A DNA stretch of 64,000 nucleotides from a virus (Duplodnaviria; Caudoviricetes): IMG/VR virus record IMGVR_UViG_651324073_000003, positions 1 to 64,000 of that record; one strand, 5' to 3'. The notes under the pieces are model-generated. The model did not search any database. It had not been told where the DNA came from and saw nothing but the letters and a program-made list of their open reading frames with translations. Shown piece by piece: positions 1 to 9,856 of this stretch (positions are counted from its first letter, which is position 1; each line of letters opens with the position of its first letter). A program made the position numbers and the translations under genes.

Positions 1-147
1 TCACCGCCGGATCGCGATGTCCCGCAGCGTGCGGCATAGCCCCATGAGCATGACGGCGATCGCCCGCCACTCGCTGCGATCCTCCCGCAGCGCGGCGATC
101 TTGTCGCGCAGCCGCGCGCACTCAGGGCACGACGGCGGATTGCTCAT
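1..147 (-). CDS. Small hypothetical protein (48 aa, MSNPPSCPECARLRDK...)
   Basis: Read by hand; ATG at 147 overlaps the Rz 3' end, TGA at 1-3; not in ORF track. Confidence 0.4.
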   Translation of the reverse strand: MSNPPSCPECARLRDKIAALREDRSEWRAIAVMLMGLCRTLRDIAIRR

Positions 148-646
148 CGATCCAGTGCTGGAGCCATACGCATTGCAGTGTCGCGGCCTGACAGCGCTCC
201 GTCAGCGTGCCCGGAGCTTCGGCGGCCGCATCTCCACCGGGATCAGGTCCAGCGTCGGCAGCGGCTGCATCAGTTCGGCCGGCGGCCGCGGTATCGGCGG
301 GCACTGCACTGCCACCGGCACGTGCTGTATCGGCGGCGAGGCGCAGGCGGTCAGCAGCGTGCAGAGCGCGCAGGCGATCGAGCGCGACGCCATAGGCGGT
401 ATGTGTCTGGGCATTGATGGTCTCCTGTCTCGTGATCTCGGCCGCGGTTCTGGCTTGCGCCTGCCGCCCCTGGGTGGCCACCTCGGCGCGGAACTGCGCG
501 AATTCAGCGGCCAGATCGTCGCGGGCCTCGCGCTCGGCTGACAGCCCGCGCGTGTATCCCCAGCCGGCCGACGCCGCGACCAGGGCGGTCAGCGCCAGCC
601 AGAGCACCCAGCCGGGCAACGCACGCACGAACGTGCCGGCGATCAC
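122..646 (-). CDS. Rz: Rz-like inner-membrane spanin
   Basis: N-terminal TM segment, Ala-rich coiled coil, directly after endolysin, embedded lipoprotein ORF. Confidence 0.8.
   Translation of the reverse strand: MIAGTFVRALPGWVLWLALTALVAASAGWGYTRGLSAEREARDDLAAEFAQFRAEVATQGRQAQARTAAEITRQETINAQTHTAYGVALDRLRALHAADRLRLAADTARAGGSAVPADTAAAGRTDAAAADAGPDPGGDAAAEAPGTLTERCQAATLQCVWLQHWIDEQSAVVP
202..414 (-). CDS. Rz1: Rz1-like outer-membrane lipoprotein spanin embedded in Rz
   Basis: Lipobox LLTAC, Pro-rich mature part, GGAG SD, alternate frame fully inside Rz. Confidence 0.8.
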   Translation of the reverse strand: MPRHIPPMASRSIACALCTLLTACASPPIQHVPVAVQCPPIPRPPAELMQPLPTLDLIPVEMRPPKLRAR

Positions 647-1290
647 GACAGCACCCGCATCGCGGTCTGTAGATACCGGCGGCGGTCATCGAGGCCGTGC
701 GTGCCGCCGTTGATCTTGCGGGTGACGGCCTCGATGTCGTTCGCGTCCGCGAGCGGTCCGATCTTCCGGTCGGTCCAGAACCAGGCGGCAGCGCGCGCGC
801 CGACGTCGGGATCGGTCAGCAGATCCGGCTGCTCGATCAGCGGCAGTCCGAGCGCCTGGCCGCAACGCGCGTAGTTGCTGCGGCCGGTGATCTGGATCGG
901 GCCGCGGCCACGGAAGCGGAAGCCGTCCGACGTGTTCTCTGCGCCATTACCGTTTCGGCCGGCATAGACGTAGCTCGCCAGCAGCACCGGCGCGCGCACG
1001 AATCCTCGGGCGTCACGTTTGCCCGCCGGGCACGTCGGCTGCTGCGGGCTGGGCAGCCAGAACCGGGACGGCCAGACGGACAAGATGCGCTCCGCGCTGG
1101 TGTAGGTCAGCGACTCGACAAGCCGCGTGAATTCGGCGCTCTCGTGCGCGAGCTGGGCGAGCAGGTGCGCGACCTGCAAACGGCTCTCGATGCCGAACTC
1201 GCGCAGCGCCTCGTTCAGGCCGGCGGTCCACGCGATCTCGTCCGGGCAGCGCGGCACGATGCGCATGATCTGGATCGGCGAGAGGATCAT
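643..1290 (-). CDS. Endolysin, glycoside hydrolase family 19
   Basis: QLAHES, FRGRGPIQITGRSNY, AAWFW and INGG..GLDDR motifs. Confidence 0.92.
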   Translation of the reverse strand: MILSPIQIMRIVPRCPDEIAWTAGLNEALREFGIESRLQVAHLLAQLAHESAEFTRLVESLTYTSAERILSVWPSRFWLPSPQQPTCPAGKRDARGFVRAPVLLASYVYAGRNGNGAENTSDGFRFRGRGPIQITGRSNYARCGQALGLPLIEQPDLLTDPDVGARAAAWFWTDRKIGPLADANDIEAVTRKINGGTHGLDDRRRYLQTAMRVLS

Positions 1291-1535
1291 CGGGTCATCC
1301 TCCGGTCCGAAACGATCAGCCCCGCAACGCTCATCAGCAGCGCCTGGCCAGAGAACGGCAGGTCAGCGGCCACCGCGAATGCCGAGGCGCCGAAAGCGGC
1401 CAGCGACACGGAGAAGGCGAAGAAGCGCGGCAGCATTCCCTTCCAGCCGTCCGGTGACAGGTGACTGGCCAAGCAGACCACGCGCACCAGAACCACCACG
1501 GCCGCCGCAATGCCGCATACGTGCAGCGCATCCAT
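1287..1535 (-). CDS. Small membrane protein (holin/antiholin candidate, 82 aa)
   Basis: MDALHVCG... with hydrophobic segments; TGATG coupling to upstream gene; just before endolysin. Confidence 0.6.
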   Translation of the reverse strand: MDALHVCGIAAAVVVLVRVVCLASHLSPDGWKGMLPRFFAFSVSLAAFGASAFAVAADLPFSGQALLMSVAGLIVSDRRMTR

Positions 1536-1900
1536 CACAGCACCCCGCCTTGATCGACGCGCGCCGCTGCGACGCGCAGCAGGATGGGAACAAGGGTCGG
1601 CGACAGCACGCCGATCAGCAGCGCCATCGGCAGCCGGAGGGCGTCCACATGCATCCCGCTCAGGTATCCGGAGGCGACGGACGCGGCGATCGGAGAGCCG
1701 TAGCCCGCCAGCAGGCCGGACAGCAGCACGGCGCTGAATGCACGCGAGCGGGTGCGCACGGAGCGCAGCCACATGCAGACCAGCAGCGCGCCGAAGAGGC
1801 CAAGCCCGAGCGCGTCCGTCTGTGCGCCCAGCATGGCGACAGGCAGCACCGTGAGGGCGCCGGCGGCGGCCCCTGCCGCGGTCGAGGTGGGTTCAGTCAT
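1535..1900 (-). CDS. Putative holin
   Basis: MTEPTSTAAG... multi-TM protein heading the lysis cassette. Confidence 0.65.
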   Translation of the reverse strand: MTEPTSTAAGAAAGALTVLPVAMLGAQTDALGLGLFGALLVCMWLRSVRTRSRAFSAVLLSGLLAGYGSPIAASVASGYLSGMHVDALRLPMALLIGVLSPTLVPILLRVAAARVDQGGVL

Positions 1901-2199
1901 GAGACCTCCGGACGTGATGGAACAGGCGGCAGCGCGGCAATTACCTCTTCCACGCTGGGGCGCGGGGTGCCGGCGGCGATGGTTTGGTTGAGCATCTGGT
2001 AGCAGGCGGCCCAGCACAGCGAGCGCCAGGCGCGCAGTGCGGCGCCCTCGGCCTGGAACTGGGGCACGGCCGGCTCATCGGCATAGGTGCAGGCGGCGCG
2101 CATGTCGTCGTAGCTCCACGACTGAGCGACGGTGTCCATGTGGCGCTGCACCGAGCGCTCGCAGCGCTCGGCGTGCAGCTTGTCGGCGCGGCTCAGCAT
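1897..2199 (-). CDS. Tail fibre-associated/assembly protein (100 aa)
   Basis: MLSRADK...FQAEGAALRAWRS..W.ACY pattern typical of proteins downstream of fibres; TGATG coupling. Confidence 0.6.
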   Translation of the reverse strand: MLSRADKLHAERCERSVQRHMDTVAQSWSYDDMRAACTYADEPAVPQFQAEGAALRAWRSLCWAACYQMLNQTIAAGTPRPSVEEVIAALPPVPSRPEVS

Positions 2200-3122
2200 C
2201 AGATGCGGATCCACTCGATCATCATATGACCTGCGTAGCCAGCGGTAGGAGACTTGCCGCCACCTCCGCCAACACCGCCATTCCACTCCGGAGATGCAAT
2301 ACCTGCCCCAGACGCAGCCCGGGCGGCACCTCCAGCCGAATAGGTTGACCCGCCGCCGCCGCCGCCCAGAGACAGTAGCGATCCGGCGGCACCGAGCGTA
2401 GTGGCTCCGCCAGTCGAACCTGCGGTGGCGGCTCCGATACTTTCGTTGGCGCCGCCGGCGCCACCGGAGCCGACCGCATATGCAATCGCGTCCCCGCCCG
2501 TGAGCCCGGAAATCAGATGCCGCCGGCACGCCCCGCCTGCACCTCCAAACGATCCGTGCAGCGATCCGCTCACAGGGTTCTGGCCACCGCCGCCGCCGCC
2601 GCCGCCCGCCTGCGCGGTCACAAGCGCTGCATTCGCCCACTGCGGAACGGTGACCGTGCCACTGCCAGTCAGTTGGTTCTGGGCGTACCGCACGCGACCG
2701 CCGCCAACCGCCAGCCACTCGCCGCCAGTGCTGATGATCAGCACGCTGTCGTAGCCGCCCAAGCTGAGCGATGCTTCGCCGTTGATGTCATGGGCACCGG
2801 CGACAGTGATCACCCCCATTCCAACGTTTGCCACGCAGACCATCCATCCTGCGCCAGCACCGCCAGCGCCAGGCAGCGTAAGTTCGAACGTGCTGTCTCC
2901 GGCGATCACCTTGCCCCGGTCAGAGGTGAGGATGCTGTAGGCACTGGTCTTGAGGCTGTAGCCACCACCCAGCGCACCAAGGGCGGCCAGCGCAGCCGAC
3001 TGGGTTCCGGCGGAGCCGAGATTGCCTTCGAGGAAGGCGCGCAGCAGCGTCAGCGCGGTCTTGAACTGTCCTTGCGTAACAGCCGTTCCGGTGAAGTCGG
3101 CAATCGGAGGTAGCGCAGTCAT
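2199..3122 (-). CDS. Glycine-rich tail fibre protein
   Basis: Gly-rich GGGGGAG repeats, downstream of J-like tail tip gene. Confidence 0.75.
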   Translation of the reverse strand: MTALPPIADFTGTAVTQGQFKTALTLLRAFLEGNLGSAGTQSAALAALGALGGGYSLKTSAYSILTSDRGKVIAGDSTFELTLPGAGGAGAGWMVCVANVGMGVITVAGAHDINGEASLSLGGYDSVLIISTGGEWLAVGGGRVRYAQNQLTGSGTVTVPQWANAALVTAQAGGGGGGGGQNPVSGSLHGSFGGAGGACRRHLISGLTGGDAIAYAVGSGGAGGANESIGAATAGSTGGATTLGAAGSLLSLGGGGGGSTYSAGGAARAASGAGIASPEWNGGVGGGGGKSPTAGYAGHMMIEWIRI

Positions 3123-5761
3123 CAGTAGCTCCACATGGGCAGAGAGTCATCCACGCTCCACATGGGCGTGTCGGGGTCGGCGTCCCACATGTACGCAGCG
3201 CTTGAGCCATAGAGCACTTCGGCCCACGGCCCGAGCGCTGCGCCCAGGGCGGCAACGCGGAATCGGGTGGCCGGGCCGTACAGCGCCCGGCAGGTGTAGG
3301 TGGTGGCTGAGGTCTCGCCGGCGCGGGTCCAGGCCTCGCCGTCGGCGCTCACGTCGATGAGATAGCGGTCGGCGCCCGGGGCCGGTGCCCAGCTGAGCAC
3401 GGCGTTTTCCACGTCGAGCGCGTCGCTGCGGGCGATGAGGCCGGCCACGCGCGGGCGGGTGGGCGTAATCGGCAGTTGCCAGGCGTCGGCCCCTGGCACG
3501 ACGCCTGTCTCGGCGGTATGCACCGCGTCGCTCTCGACGATGGCGACCACCTCGGCGCGGGTGGTGGACTGCGGCCGCACGCTCAGCACGATGGCGCGCA
3601 CGTACAGCGCCTCACCCGGCCCGAACGCCACGTGCGTGCGCTCGGCCTGCGTGCCGGTGTAGGGCGTTTCGGCCGGCGTGTCGTCGAGCACGGCGATGTT
3701 GTCGGCACCACCGCGGGTGACCGCATACGGGCCGAGCACCGCGCCGTCGCGCGCCCGCAGCGCGATGTAGTGCGGGCCGCCTGACCAGTCCATGTCCTGC
3801 GCCAGCGTGGCGGTGAGGGTGGCGGCGTCCCACGCCACCACCTCGCTAAATGCACCCCACTGCGGCATGTCGTGCTGCACGGCGATCAGGTCGCCGAGCG
3901 AGAGCACGAGGCCTTCCATTTCGGTCTGGAACGTGACGGTGCGGCGGCGGTAGCGGTTGCACGCCGCCATGAACATGCCCTCGCGCCACGCCTGCGAGCG
4001 GTTGGTAACGCCGGGCAGCTGCACGGTGCGCACGGTGCTCTGCGTGCTGCCGGGCAGCGCACAGCGCACGATGCGTTCGGTCCAGGTGGTGGCGTCGAAA
4101 TACGCCACGTCGACCGCGTCCGGCGTCTCGTCGCTGGCCATCGCGTAGTCGAGCGAGAGCGAGCCGCGCACGATGTTGCGCATGGTGAACATGGCCGTCG
4201 GCAGCGTCTGCGCCTGGTCGCGCACCACCCGCAGCACGCCGCCCTGAACGAATGGCATGGCACGGCCGCAGCGGGCGACGGTGGCCAGCGCGTCCCACAC
4301 GGTCTGGGCGTCGTCGACCACGATGTCGCAGGTGTCGCCGCGGGCCGACCACACGGCGTCGAGCGCTCGCAGGCCGGCGAGGTCGATGCGGCTGTCAGTG
4401 AGCCGCGCACCGTACTGCGCGCGGGCAATGTCGGCCAGGGCCCACGCGATGCTGCGGGTGGCCACCGGTGCGCTCCAGGTGGTGCCGTCCCATACCGGCA
4501 GCTTGCGCTGCACGATGGCGTTGATGCGCCGCGCGGCATTGCCGCTGAGGTTGTTCGATGCCCGGGCCTTGACGGCCAGCAGCGTCACGCCGCCGTAGTT
4601 GCGCACGCTGCGCAAGTAGGCGCGCAGCCCGCCCCAGACCAGCTCATGCCCCACGCGCAGGTCATCGCTTTTCGCGTTGAGCCGGGTGACGCGCACCTGG
4701 TAGCGGCCGGCCGCGACCGAGTACTTGTAGCTGAGGCGCACCGGCGTGGTGGTGGCAGCGGCATAGCTGACCGAGCCGGAAAGGTCGATCCACCCGCCGA
4801 CCGGCGCACCGAGGTCGTCGATCTTCTGCGCCTCGACGCGCCAGACGATGGTCATCGTCTCCAGCTCGCCGTCGGCATTGGCGAAGTACAGGCCGCGCGG
4901 CATGACCAGATCGACGCCGATGTAGTTGGCCGAGCTGCCGGCGCTGTTGGCCACGAACGGGCCGAGCGCCACACCGGTGGTGGCCTCTTGCCCGCTCACC
5001 TCGTCGGCGGTGACCACATCAGCTGGGAACAGCGTGAGCGTGCCGCCGGGCGCCACGACCTCGGTCTCGATCTCGGCGAACGACGACACCGGCGTGTCGG
5101 CGATGCGCACCTGCTCGATGTCGTAGTAGCCCTGCCCGATGGTGAAGAGCTGGTAGAGGTACTGCTCGCCGCCGCTGTACTCGATGTAGGGCTGGGCGGC
5201 GAAATCGGGATAGACGAGATGCCGGCCGTAGATCACCGGTATCGGCTGGCCGATGCGCGCCTGGTTGCCCTGAGCCTGCACGCTGTAGGTGGGCGACGGC
5301 GCCGGCGTGTCGCGGGTACGCAGGCTGCCGGCGCCGCCGAACAGTGCGTTCGCAATCATGCTCAGACCGAGAGACACGCCCGCCTTTACCAGAGCCACAC
5401 CTACCGCGCTTGTGATGCTCATTTCCGAGGCCAGAGCCGCGCCGAGTTGCGGCGCGTAGATGGCGATCGCAATGGTGGCGATCAGCTGCAGCGGATTGCT
5501 CTTGCCCCCATGCGGCAGCACGATGAACGCCACGTGGTCATTGCGGGCCACGCGCCGGCGCCAGGCGTGCGGTGGCAGCGGACGGCCGTTGAGCAGGCAC
5601 ACCACCGGTTGCCGAGTGCGTGGCGCCAGCGTGCAGACCCGCACCCGCTTACGCGGCAGGGGCCGCACGGTGCGGTCGCGCCAGGGCTGGCAGGGGTTGC
5701 AGCACACCACCACGGTGCCCGGCACGCTGATGGCCTCGACGGGCAGATCGCGCGCGCTCAC
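3122..5761 (-). CDS. Tail tip / host-specificity protein J-like (with gpI-like N-terminus)
   Basis: 879 aa; PIPVIYGRHLVYPD motif, Fn3-like C-terminus, lambdoid tail synteny. Confidence 0.88.
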   Translation of the reverse strand: MSARDLPVEAISVPGTVVVCCNPCQPWRDRTVRPLPRKRVRVCTLAPRTRQPVVCLLNGRPLPPHAWRRRVARNDHVAFIVLPHGGKSNPLQLIATIAIAIYAPQLGAALASEMSITSAVGVALVKAGVSLGLSMIANALFGGAGSLRTRDTPAPSPTYSVQAQGNQARIGQPIPVIYGRHLVYPDFAAQPYIEYSGGEQYLYQLFTIGQGYYDIEQVRIADTPVSSFAEIETEVVAPGGTLTLFPADVVTADEVSGQEATTGVALGPFVANSAGSSANYIGVDLVMPRGLYFANADGELETMTIVWRVEAQKIDDLGAPVGGWIDLSGSVSYAAATTTPVRLSYKYSVAAGRYQVRVTRLNAKSDDLRVGHELVWGGLRAYLRSVRNYGGVTLLAVKARASNNLSGNAARRINAIVQRKLPVWDGTTWSAPVATRSIAWALADIARAQYGARLTDSRIDLAGLRALDAVWSARGDTCDIVVDDAQTVWDALATVARCGRAMPFVQGGVLRVVRDQAQTLPTAMFTMRNIVRGSLSLDYAMASDETPDAVDVAYFDATTWTERIVRCALPGSTQSTVRTVQLPGVTNRSQAWREGMFMAACNRYRRRTVTFQTEMEGLVLSLGDLIAVQHDMPQWGAFSEVVAWDAATLTATLAQDMDWSGGPHYIALRARDGAVLGPYAVTRGGADNIAVLDDTPAETPYTGTQAERTHVAFGPGEALYVRAIVLSVRPQSTTRAEVVAIVESDAVHTAETGVVPGADAWQLPITPTRPRVAGLIARSDALDVENAVLSWAPAPGADRYLIDVSADGEAWTRAGETSATTYTCRALYGPATRFRVAALGAALGPWAEVLYGSSAAYMWDADPDTPMWSVDDSLPMWSY

Positions 5762-6159
5762 GCCGCCACCTCGTCACCGGCCCAGGCCAGCAGCGACAGG
5801 ATGCGCCAGCCACCCAGGGCGAGCTGGGCGAGGCTGTGCACCACCACGCCATGGCCCTCTGCGCTGTGCAGCACGCGGCCATCCGGCAGCACGATGCCCA
5901 CGTGGTGCGGCTTCTTGCCGTGGCCCATGAGCGCGACGCACCACGGCTGCGGGGCGGCGATCTCGCGCCACACATGGCGGCGGCGCTGCTCTTCGACGGT
6001 GCGCAGGCAGTCAGCCGAGCGGCTGGCATCGAACGCCACCAGCGGCGCCTCGATGCCGCAGCAGTCGCGCAGCACGGCGCGCACCAGCCCATAGCAGTCG
6101 TAGGCGTCAGGCCCCTGCGCGCCGCTCTGCCAGGGCTTTCCGATGTAATGCTCGATCAT
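5758..6159 (-). CDS. NlpC/P60 tail assembly protein (gpK-like)
   Basis: YIGKPW..G..GPDAYDCYGL and HHVGI...VLHS motifs. Confidence 0.88.
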   Translation of the reverse strand: MIEHYIGKPWQSGAQGPDAYDCYGLVRAVLRDCCGIEAPLVAFDASRSADCLRTVEEQRRRHVWREIAAPQPWCVALMGHGKKPHHVGIVLPDGRVLHSAEGHGVVVHSLAQLALGGWRILSLLAWAGDEVAA

Positions 6160-6668
6160 GTGGCCACCAGCCCGGGGAAGCGCGCCGCGGTGTAGTCCTC
6201 GCGCGGGAAGCGCACGTTGGCGAAGTTCGAGAATCCGGCCTGCAGCCGCACGCGGAACACGTCGGCATTGACGGCCATCACGGTGAGCTGCAGCGGCGGG
6301 TCGTTGCACGGGCCGCTGAGGTCGCTGGCCAGGTACATGCGGTAGGTGATGGTGGCCAGATCCTGCGACTGCGCCGCGAGGTCGATGTAGGCCAGGATTT
6401 CGCGCGACACGTTGTCGATGGCGATCTCCAGCTCCGGCGACTGGGCCTGCTCGACATCGGGCAGGCGGAAGTCGAAGCCGAAGGCGACGAACGTCACTTC
6501 GGTCGCGCCGTCTTCGAGCATCGCGGTGAGGCTGCTGTAGTCATTGACCAGATACAGCGGCGCGGTGAAGGCCGGGTGGTCGACCTGCAGGGTGTGCAGC
6601 ACCATGTCATCGACATTGGCCGATGCGGCGTGCTCGCGCAGGGGCTGGCTGGCGGTGATGTCAGGCAT
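6156..6668 (-). CDS. DUF1833-type minor tail protein (gpL-like)
   Basis: LEIAIDNVSREI..YI pattern, synteny. Confidence 0.8.
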   Translation of the reverse strand: MPDITASQPLREHAASANVDDMVLHTLQVDHPAFTAPLYLVNDYSSLTAMLEDGATEVTFVAFGFDFRLPDVEQAQSPELEIAIDNVSREILAYIDLAAQSQDLATITYRMYLASDLSGPCNDPPLQLTVMAVNADVFRVRLQAGFSNFANVRFPREDYTAARFPGLVAT

Positions 6669-7060
6669 CAGAGATACCCCGCCAGGGCATCGGCCGACAT
6701 CACCGGCCGCTCGGCAGCCTCAAGCGTGGCGGTCACCCGCCACACATCAGGCCCCTCTGGAACCGCCTTCCACATGGTCGCGAAGCTCACGTTCTCCCAT
6801 GTCTGCAGGCCTGAGCCATTGACGAGTGGGCAGGCGAACGCCGCCGCGCCATCCTGAAGCGAGTGCTTGTGCCACGCCTCGAACACCGACATCTGCAGGC
6901 TGCTGAACACCCAGCTCACATTCAGGCGCGTCGGCGGATTGGTAGATCGGCGCCGGCGGCGGATGGGTCCCGCCTCCATGTCAGTGCGCACGACGGGATC
7001 GACCGGATCAATGGCATAGCCGTCGAGCACCGGACGCGGTAGAAACGACGGGTAGGTCAT
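6668..7060 (-). CDS. Minor/distal tail protein (gpM-like)
   Basis: VRTDMEAGP.R.RRR motif, follows tape measure gene. Confidence 0.75.
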   Translation of the reverse strand: MTYPSFLPRPVLDGYAIDPVDPVVRTDMEAGPIRRRRRSTNPPTRLNVSWVFSSLQMSVFEAWHKHSLQDGAAAFACPLVNGSGLQTWENVSFATMWKAVPEGPDVWRVTATLEAAERPVMSADALAGYL

Positions 7061-9171
7061 CAGAAGGCCCTCGCGCGATTCAGACCGAACGTTCCCTGCA
7101 TCGCCTGCGCCGTCCGACCACGGCCCGACACGATCCCCGATGCAATGCGCTGATCGATCTGGTCGATGAGGACGTCCAGACCTCCCTCATTGTTCTGCGC
7201 GACCTGCACCTGCGCTCCAGCGTTGTTGATGACGCGGACGTTAAGCACAGTCGGGCCGCTGCCGGCCTCGGCATAGACACCGAGCTTTCCGTTGGCCATG
7301 CGCTTCAGAGGAAGCGCACCTTCCGGGCCCGCCTCACCTGCCACCCCGCTTCGGAACGCACCGCCGCTCGCGAACCTGAAGAACGTCGGCCGGGTCAGGA
7401 CTTCCCCGTTCCCAAAAGCTCCGCCCGAAGCGAACGCGCTGACGTAACCGCCGGAGGTGAAGGCGTTGCCATCGGCCGATTTCTTGGTGTTGGAACCCGG
7501 GAACAACGCGCCCAGAGCTTCGATAAGCGGACCGGTGATCTGCTTTCGGACCATGTAGCGCGCGATGTCCTTGAGCACGCCAGTGGCGACTTCGCCCAGG
7601 CTCTTGAAATTCACGATGGCATCCTCGAGCGCGCTGGAGAAGGTCACTCCAAGCTCCTCGACGGCGGACTTCTGCTCCTTCAGCCGCTTGGTCGCGCCAT
7701 CAGCGGCCGACGCCTCTTGCTCGAGCAGTCGCCCGCGCGCGTTGAATGCCTCTTCTGCGGTCAGCCGGCCTTGCGCCTCGAGCGCCGTGACCAGTTCGAT
7801 CTCCTGCCGGTACTGGCGCGTCGGATCCGCCAGGTCGCGGTACCGCTCAGCGAGCGACGCGACGGCGTCTTCCTGTGCATTGGCCTGACGGATCGCCTCA
7901 TCATTCGCGGCGGCGCGGCGACGGTCGAAATCCTCGTAGGCGCGCGCCACATCGGCGTTGAAGCGAAGTTGCGCGTCGTCGGTGCCAAGGATCTGGTCGG
8001 CGGCAAGAATTCGAAGCTTCTGCTCGTCCTCCAGGCGCTTGCGAAGTGCCGCAAGCTCGCTCTTCGATTGAGAGCCGGCGCCGGATGAACGCGGGCCGCC
8101 AGAATCCGACTCTTCAGCCTTTGCCGGTGCGCGCAGCTTGCGACGACGTTCCGCTTCGCGCTCCAGAATCTTGCCTTCGGCCTCCAGCTCAGCGCGCTCC
8201 CTCTTGAGCGCGTCGATCCTTCGCTGGTTGAATGTCTCATTGATGCCGCCGCCCTGCTGCAGCTTGATGAGTTTCTCATTGATTTCCGTGATCTTCTGGA
8301 CGTTCTCGGCAAGGTCGTCGTCCAGGGTCTTCAAGCCGGTGCCGCGGCCAAGGAATGTCAAGAAGTCCTGTCCAGACTTGGCCGCGATACTCATGTCGTT
8401 CAGGGCGTCGATCAGGCCCCGAACGCCTTGCTCCGCGGCGCGCACGCCGTCGAGAATGAGCTGCCCCACGCCCTGATTGCTGATGGTGCGGAACAGCTCG
8501 TCCCACGTGTCACCGAGGTTCGACAGCGCGCCGTCCAGGGTCTGTGCGCGAAGGTCCATGGCTCCGGCGAAATCCACGTTGCCGATGCGGCGCAGATAGG
8601 ATTCGATCTCATCAGCGCTGTTTCGGACCGTGGTCGTGATGCCGCGGAAGGTGAAGGCCACGGTCGCGCCATCCTGACGCGCCTTGATGCCGAATTCCTT
8701 CAGCCGTTCGAATTCTCCGGTGCTGGCGTCGGCGACTGCCTCGATGAACTGATCAAGGCTCTTCCCCATCGCGCTCGCCGTGTTGCCGTAGCTTTCGAGC
8801 GCATCGCGCGACGCGTCGAGGCCGAGCGCCTTGAGCTTCACGAACGCGCCCGTTACCTCGTTCAGTGAGTACGGCGTGGTAGCAGCGAACTCTCGAATCC
8901 ACGCGAAGTTCCGTTCTGCTGCCTGTGCGCTGCCGGTCACCGTAACCAGCGAAGAGTTCAGAACATCGAACTCCCGCTGAACGGTTGTCACCTTTCCGAC
9001 GACAGCGGTAAACGCCGCTCCGGCCGCAGCAACCCCCGCGAAGGCCGCGCGCATCGCACCAACTGCGAGCTCGGCACCACGCGCGCGAGTACGCAGGCGG
9101 TCCAGTGCGCTGCCGGCCGAGTCGGCGGACGACGCATCGACCTTGATGCCAAGTGACGCGATATCGGTCAT
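7060..9171 (-). CDS. Tape measure protein
   Basis: MTDIASLGIKVDAS start, FAATTPYSL.EV tape-measure core, long helical protein. Confidence 0.92.
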   Translation of the reverse strand: MTDIASLGIKVDASSADSAGSALDRLRTRARGAELAVGAMRAAFAGVAAAGAAFTAVVGKVTTVQREFDVLNSSLVTVTGSAQAAERNFAWIREFAATTPYSLNEVTGAFVKLKALGLDASRDALESYGNTASAMGKSLDQFIEAVADASTGEFERLKEFGIKARQDGATVAFTFRGITTTVRNSADEIESYLRRIGNVDFAGAMDLRAQTLDGALSNLGDTWDELFRTISNQGVGQLILDGVRAAEQGVRGLIDALNDMSIAAKSGQDFLTFLGRGTGLKTLDDDLAENVQKITEINEKLIKLQQGGGINETFNQRRIDALKRERAELEAEGKILEREAERRRKLRAPAKAEESDSGGPRSSGAGSQSKSELAALRKRLEDEQKLRILAADQILGTDDAQLRFNADVARAYEDFDRRRAAANDEAIRQANAQEDAVASLAERYRDLADPTRQYRQEIELVTALEAQGRLTAEEAFNARGRLLEQEASAADGATKRLKEQKSAVEELGVTFSSALEDAIVNFKSLGEVATGVLKDIARYMVRKQITGPLIEALGALFPGSNTKKSADGNAFTSGGYVSAFASGGAFGNGEVLTRPTFFRFASGGAFRSGVAGEAGPEGALPLKRMANGKLGVYAEAGSGPTVLNVRVINNAGAQVQVAQNNEGGLDVLIDQIDQRIASGIVSGRGRTAQAMQGTFGLNRARAF

Positions 9172-9186
9172 GCGCACCTCAGAATG

Positions 9187-9212
9187 AAAAACGCCGGCTG
9201 AGGGCCGGCGTC
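9187..9212 (-). terminator. Rho-independent terminator before TMP
   Basis: ACGCCGGC-CCTCA-GCCGGCGT-TTTT on minus strand. Confidence 0.65.
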
Positions 9213-9510
9213 ACTTGGAAGCGGGTTTTCGGAGTTCCGCAAGCGCAGCGTCTTCCATCACTTGAAGGTCGCTGAACACGCGGTCCCGCTCGGCGGGAGG
9301 CACCTTGCATCGGCGCCAGATCTCGGGCAGCACGTTGTAGTCGAGGCCGATCGCACCGGCCGGTCCGCACCGCCATTGCGTCTGCATGGCGGACAGCACC
9401 TGAAGTGGCACCCAGTTCTCGGGCCACACATCGAATTCCTGACCGGCGAAATCGTCCTCCGTGAGGCCGAGCTCGCCCAATGCAGCCGACGACGGCGCCG
9501 GGCTGAACAT
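9211..9510 (-). CDS. DUF1799-like tail chaperone extension (gpT-like, reached by -1 frameshift)
   Basis: VWPENW...QWRCG..G.IGLDY motif; in the -1 frame from GGGAAAC at 9531-9537. Confidence 0.85.
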   Translation of the reverse strand: MFSPAPSSAALGELGLTEDDFAGQEFDVWPENWVPLQVLSAMQTQWRCGPAGAIGLDYNVLPEIWRRCKVPPAERDRVFSDLQVMEDAALAELRKPASK

Positions 9511-9527
9511 CTCCCGTGCCGTCGCCC

Positions 9528-9845
9528 TCAGTTTCCCAGGCGGGCCGCTTGCAACTGCTGGTGATAGGCGTCGACGATGGCCAGCGCCGCGCCGTGGTAG
9601 TTCTGGAACAACTCTTCCAGCGCCTCGCGGTTGAACGGCGCGTCTGCGACGTCCCAGTTCGTGGCGATTTCGGCCACCAGATCCACGTCGGACGTCTGCT
9701 TGGACGCTTCGCTGAACAGCGCCTCCAGTTCGACCTTGGTCTTGTGCCGAAAGGTGAAGGTGATCACCTCGGGCTTGTCCTGGCCAGGAACAGCAATCTT
9801 GACCTTGGCCTGGAACGTCGGGTTCGGCTTGAGCTTGAATGCCAT
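9528..9845 (-). CDS. Tail assembly chaperone (gpG-like)
   Basis: MAFKLKPNPTF..., ends in the G GGA AAC slippery site. Confidence 0.85.
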   Translation of the reverse strand: MAFKLKPNPTFQAKVKIAVPGQDKPEVITFTFRHKTKVELEALFSEASKQTSDVDLVAEIATNWDVADAPFNREALEELFQNYHGAALAIVDAYHQQLQAARLGN

Positions 9846-9856
9846 ATCGCCCCCGA

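Noticed and set aside
3872-6094. Long opposite-strand ORFs (also 13179-14429, 26757-28466, 55303-57411, 57855-59861)
   Set aside because: Antisense shadows of real GC-rich genes with no family motifs
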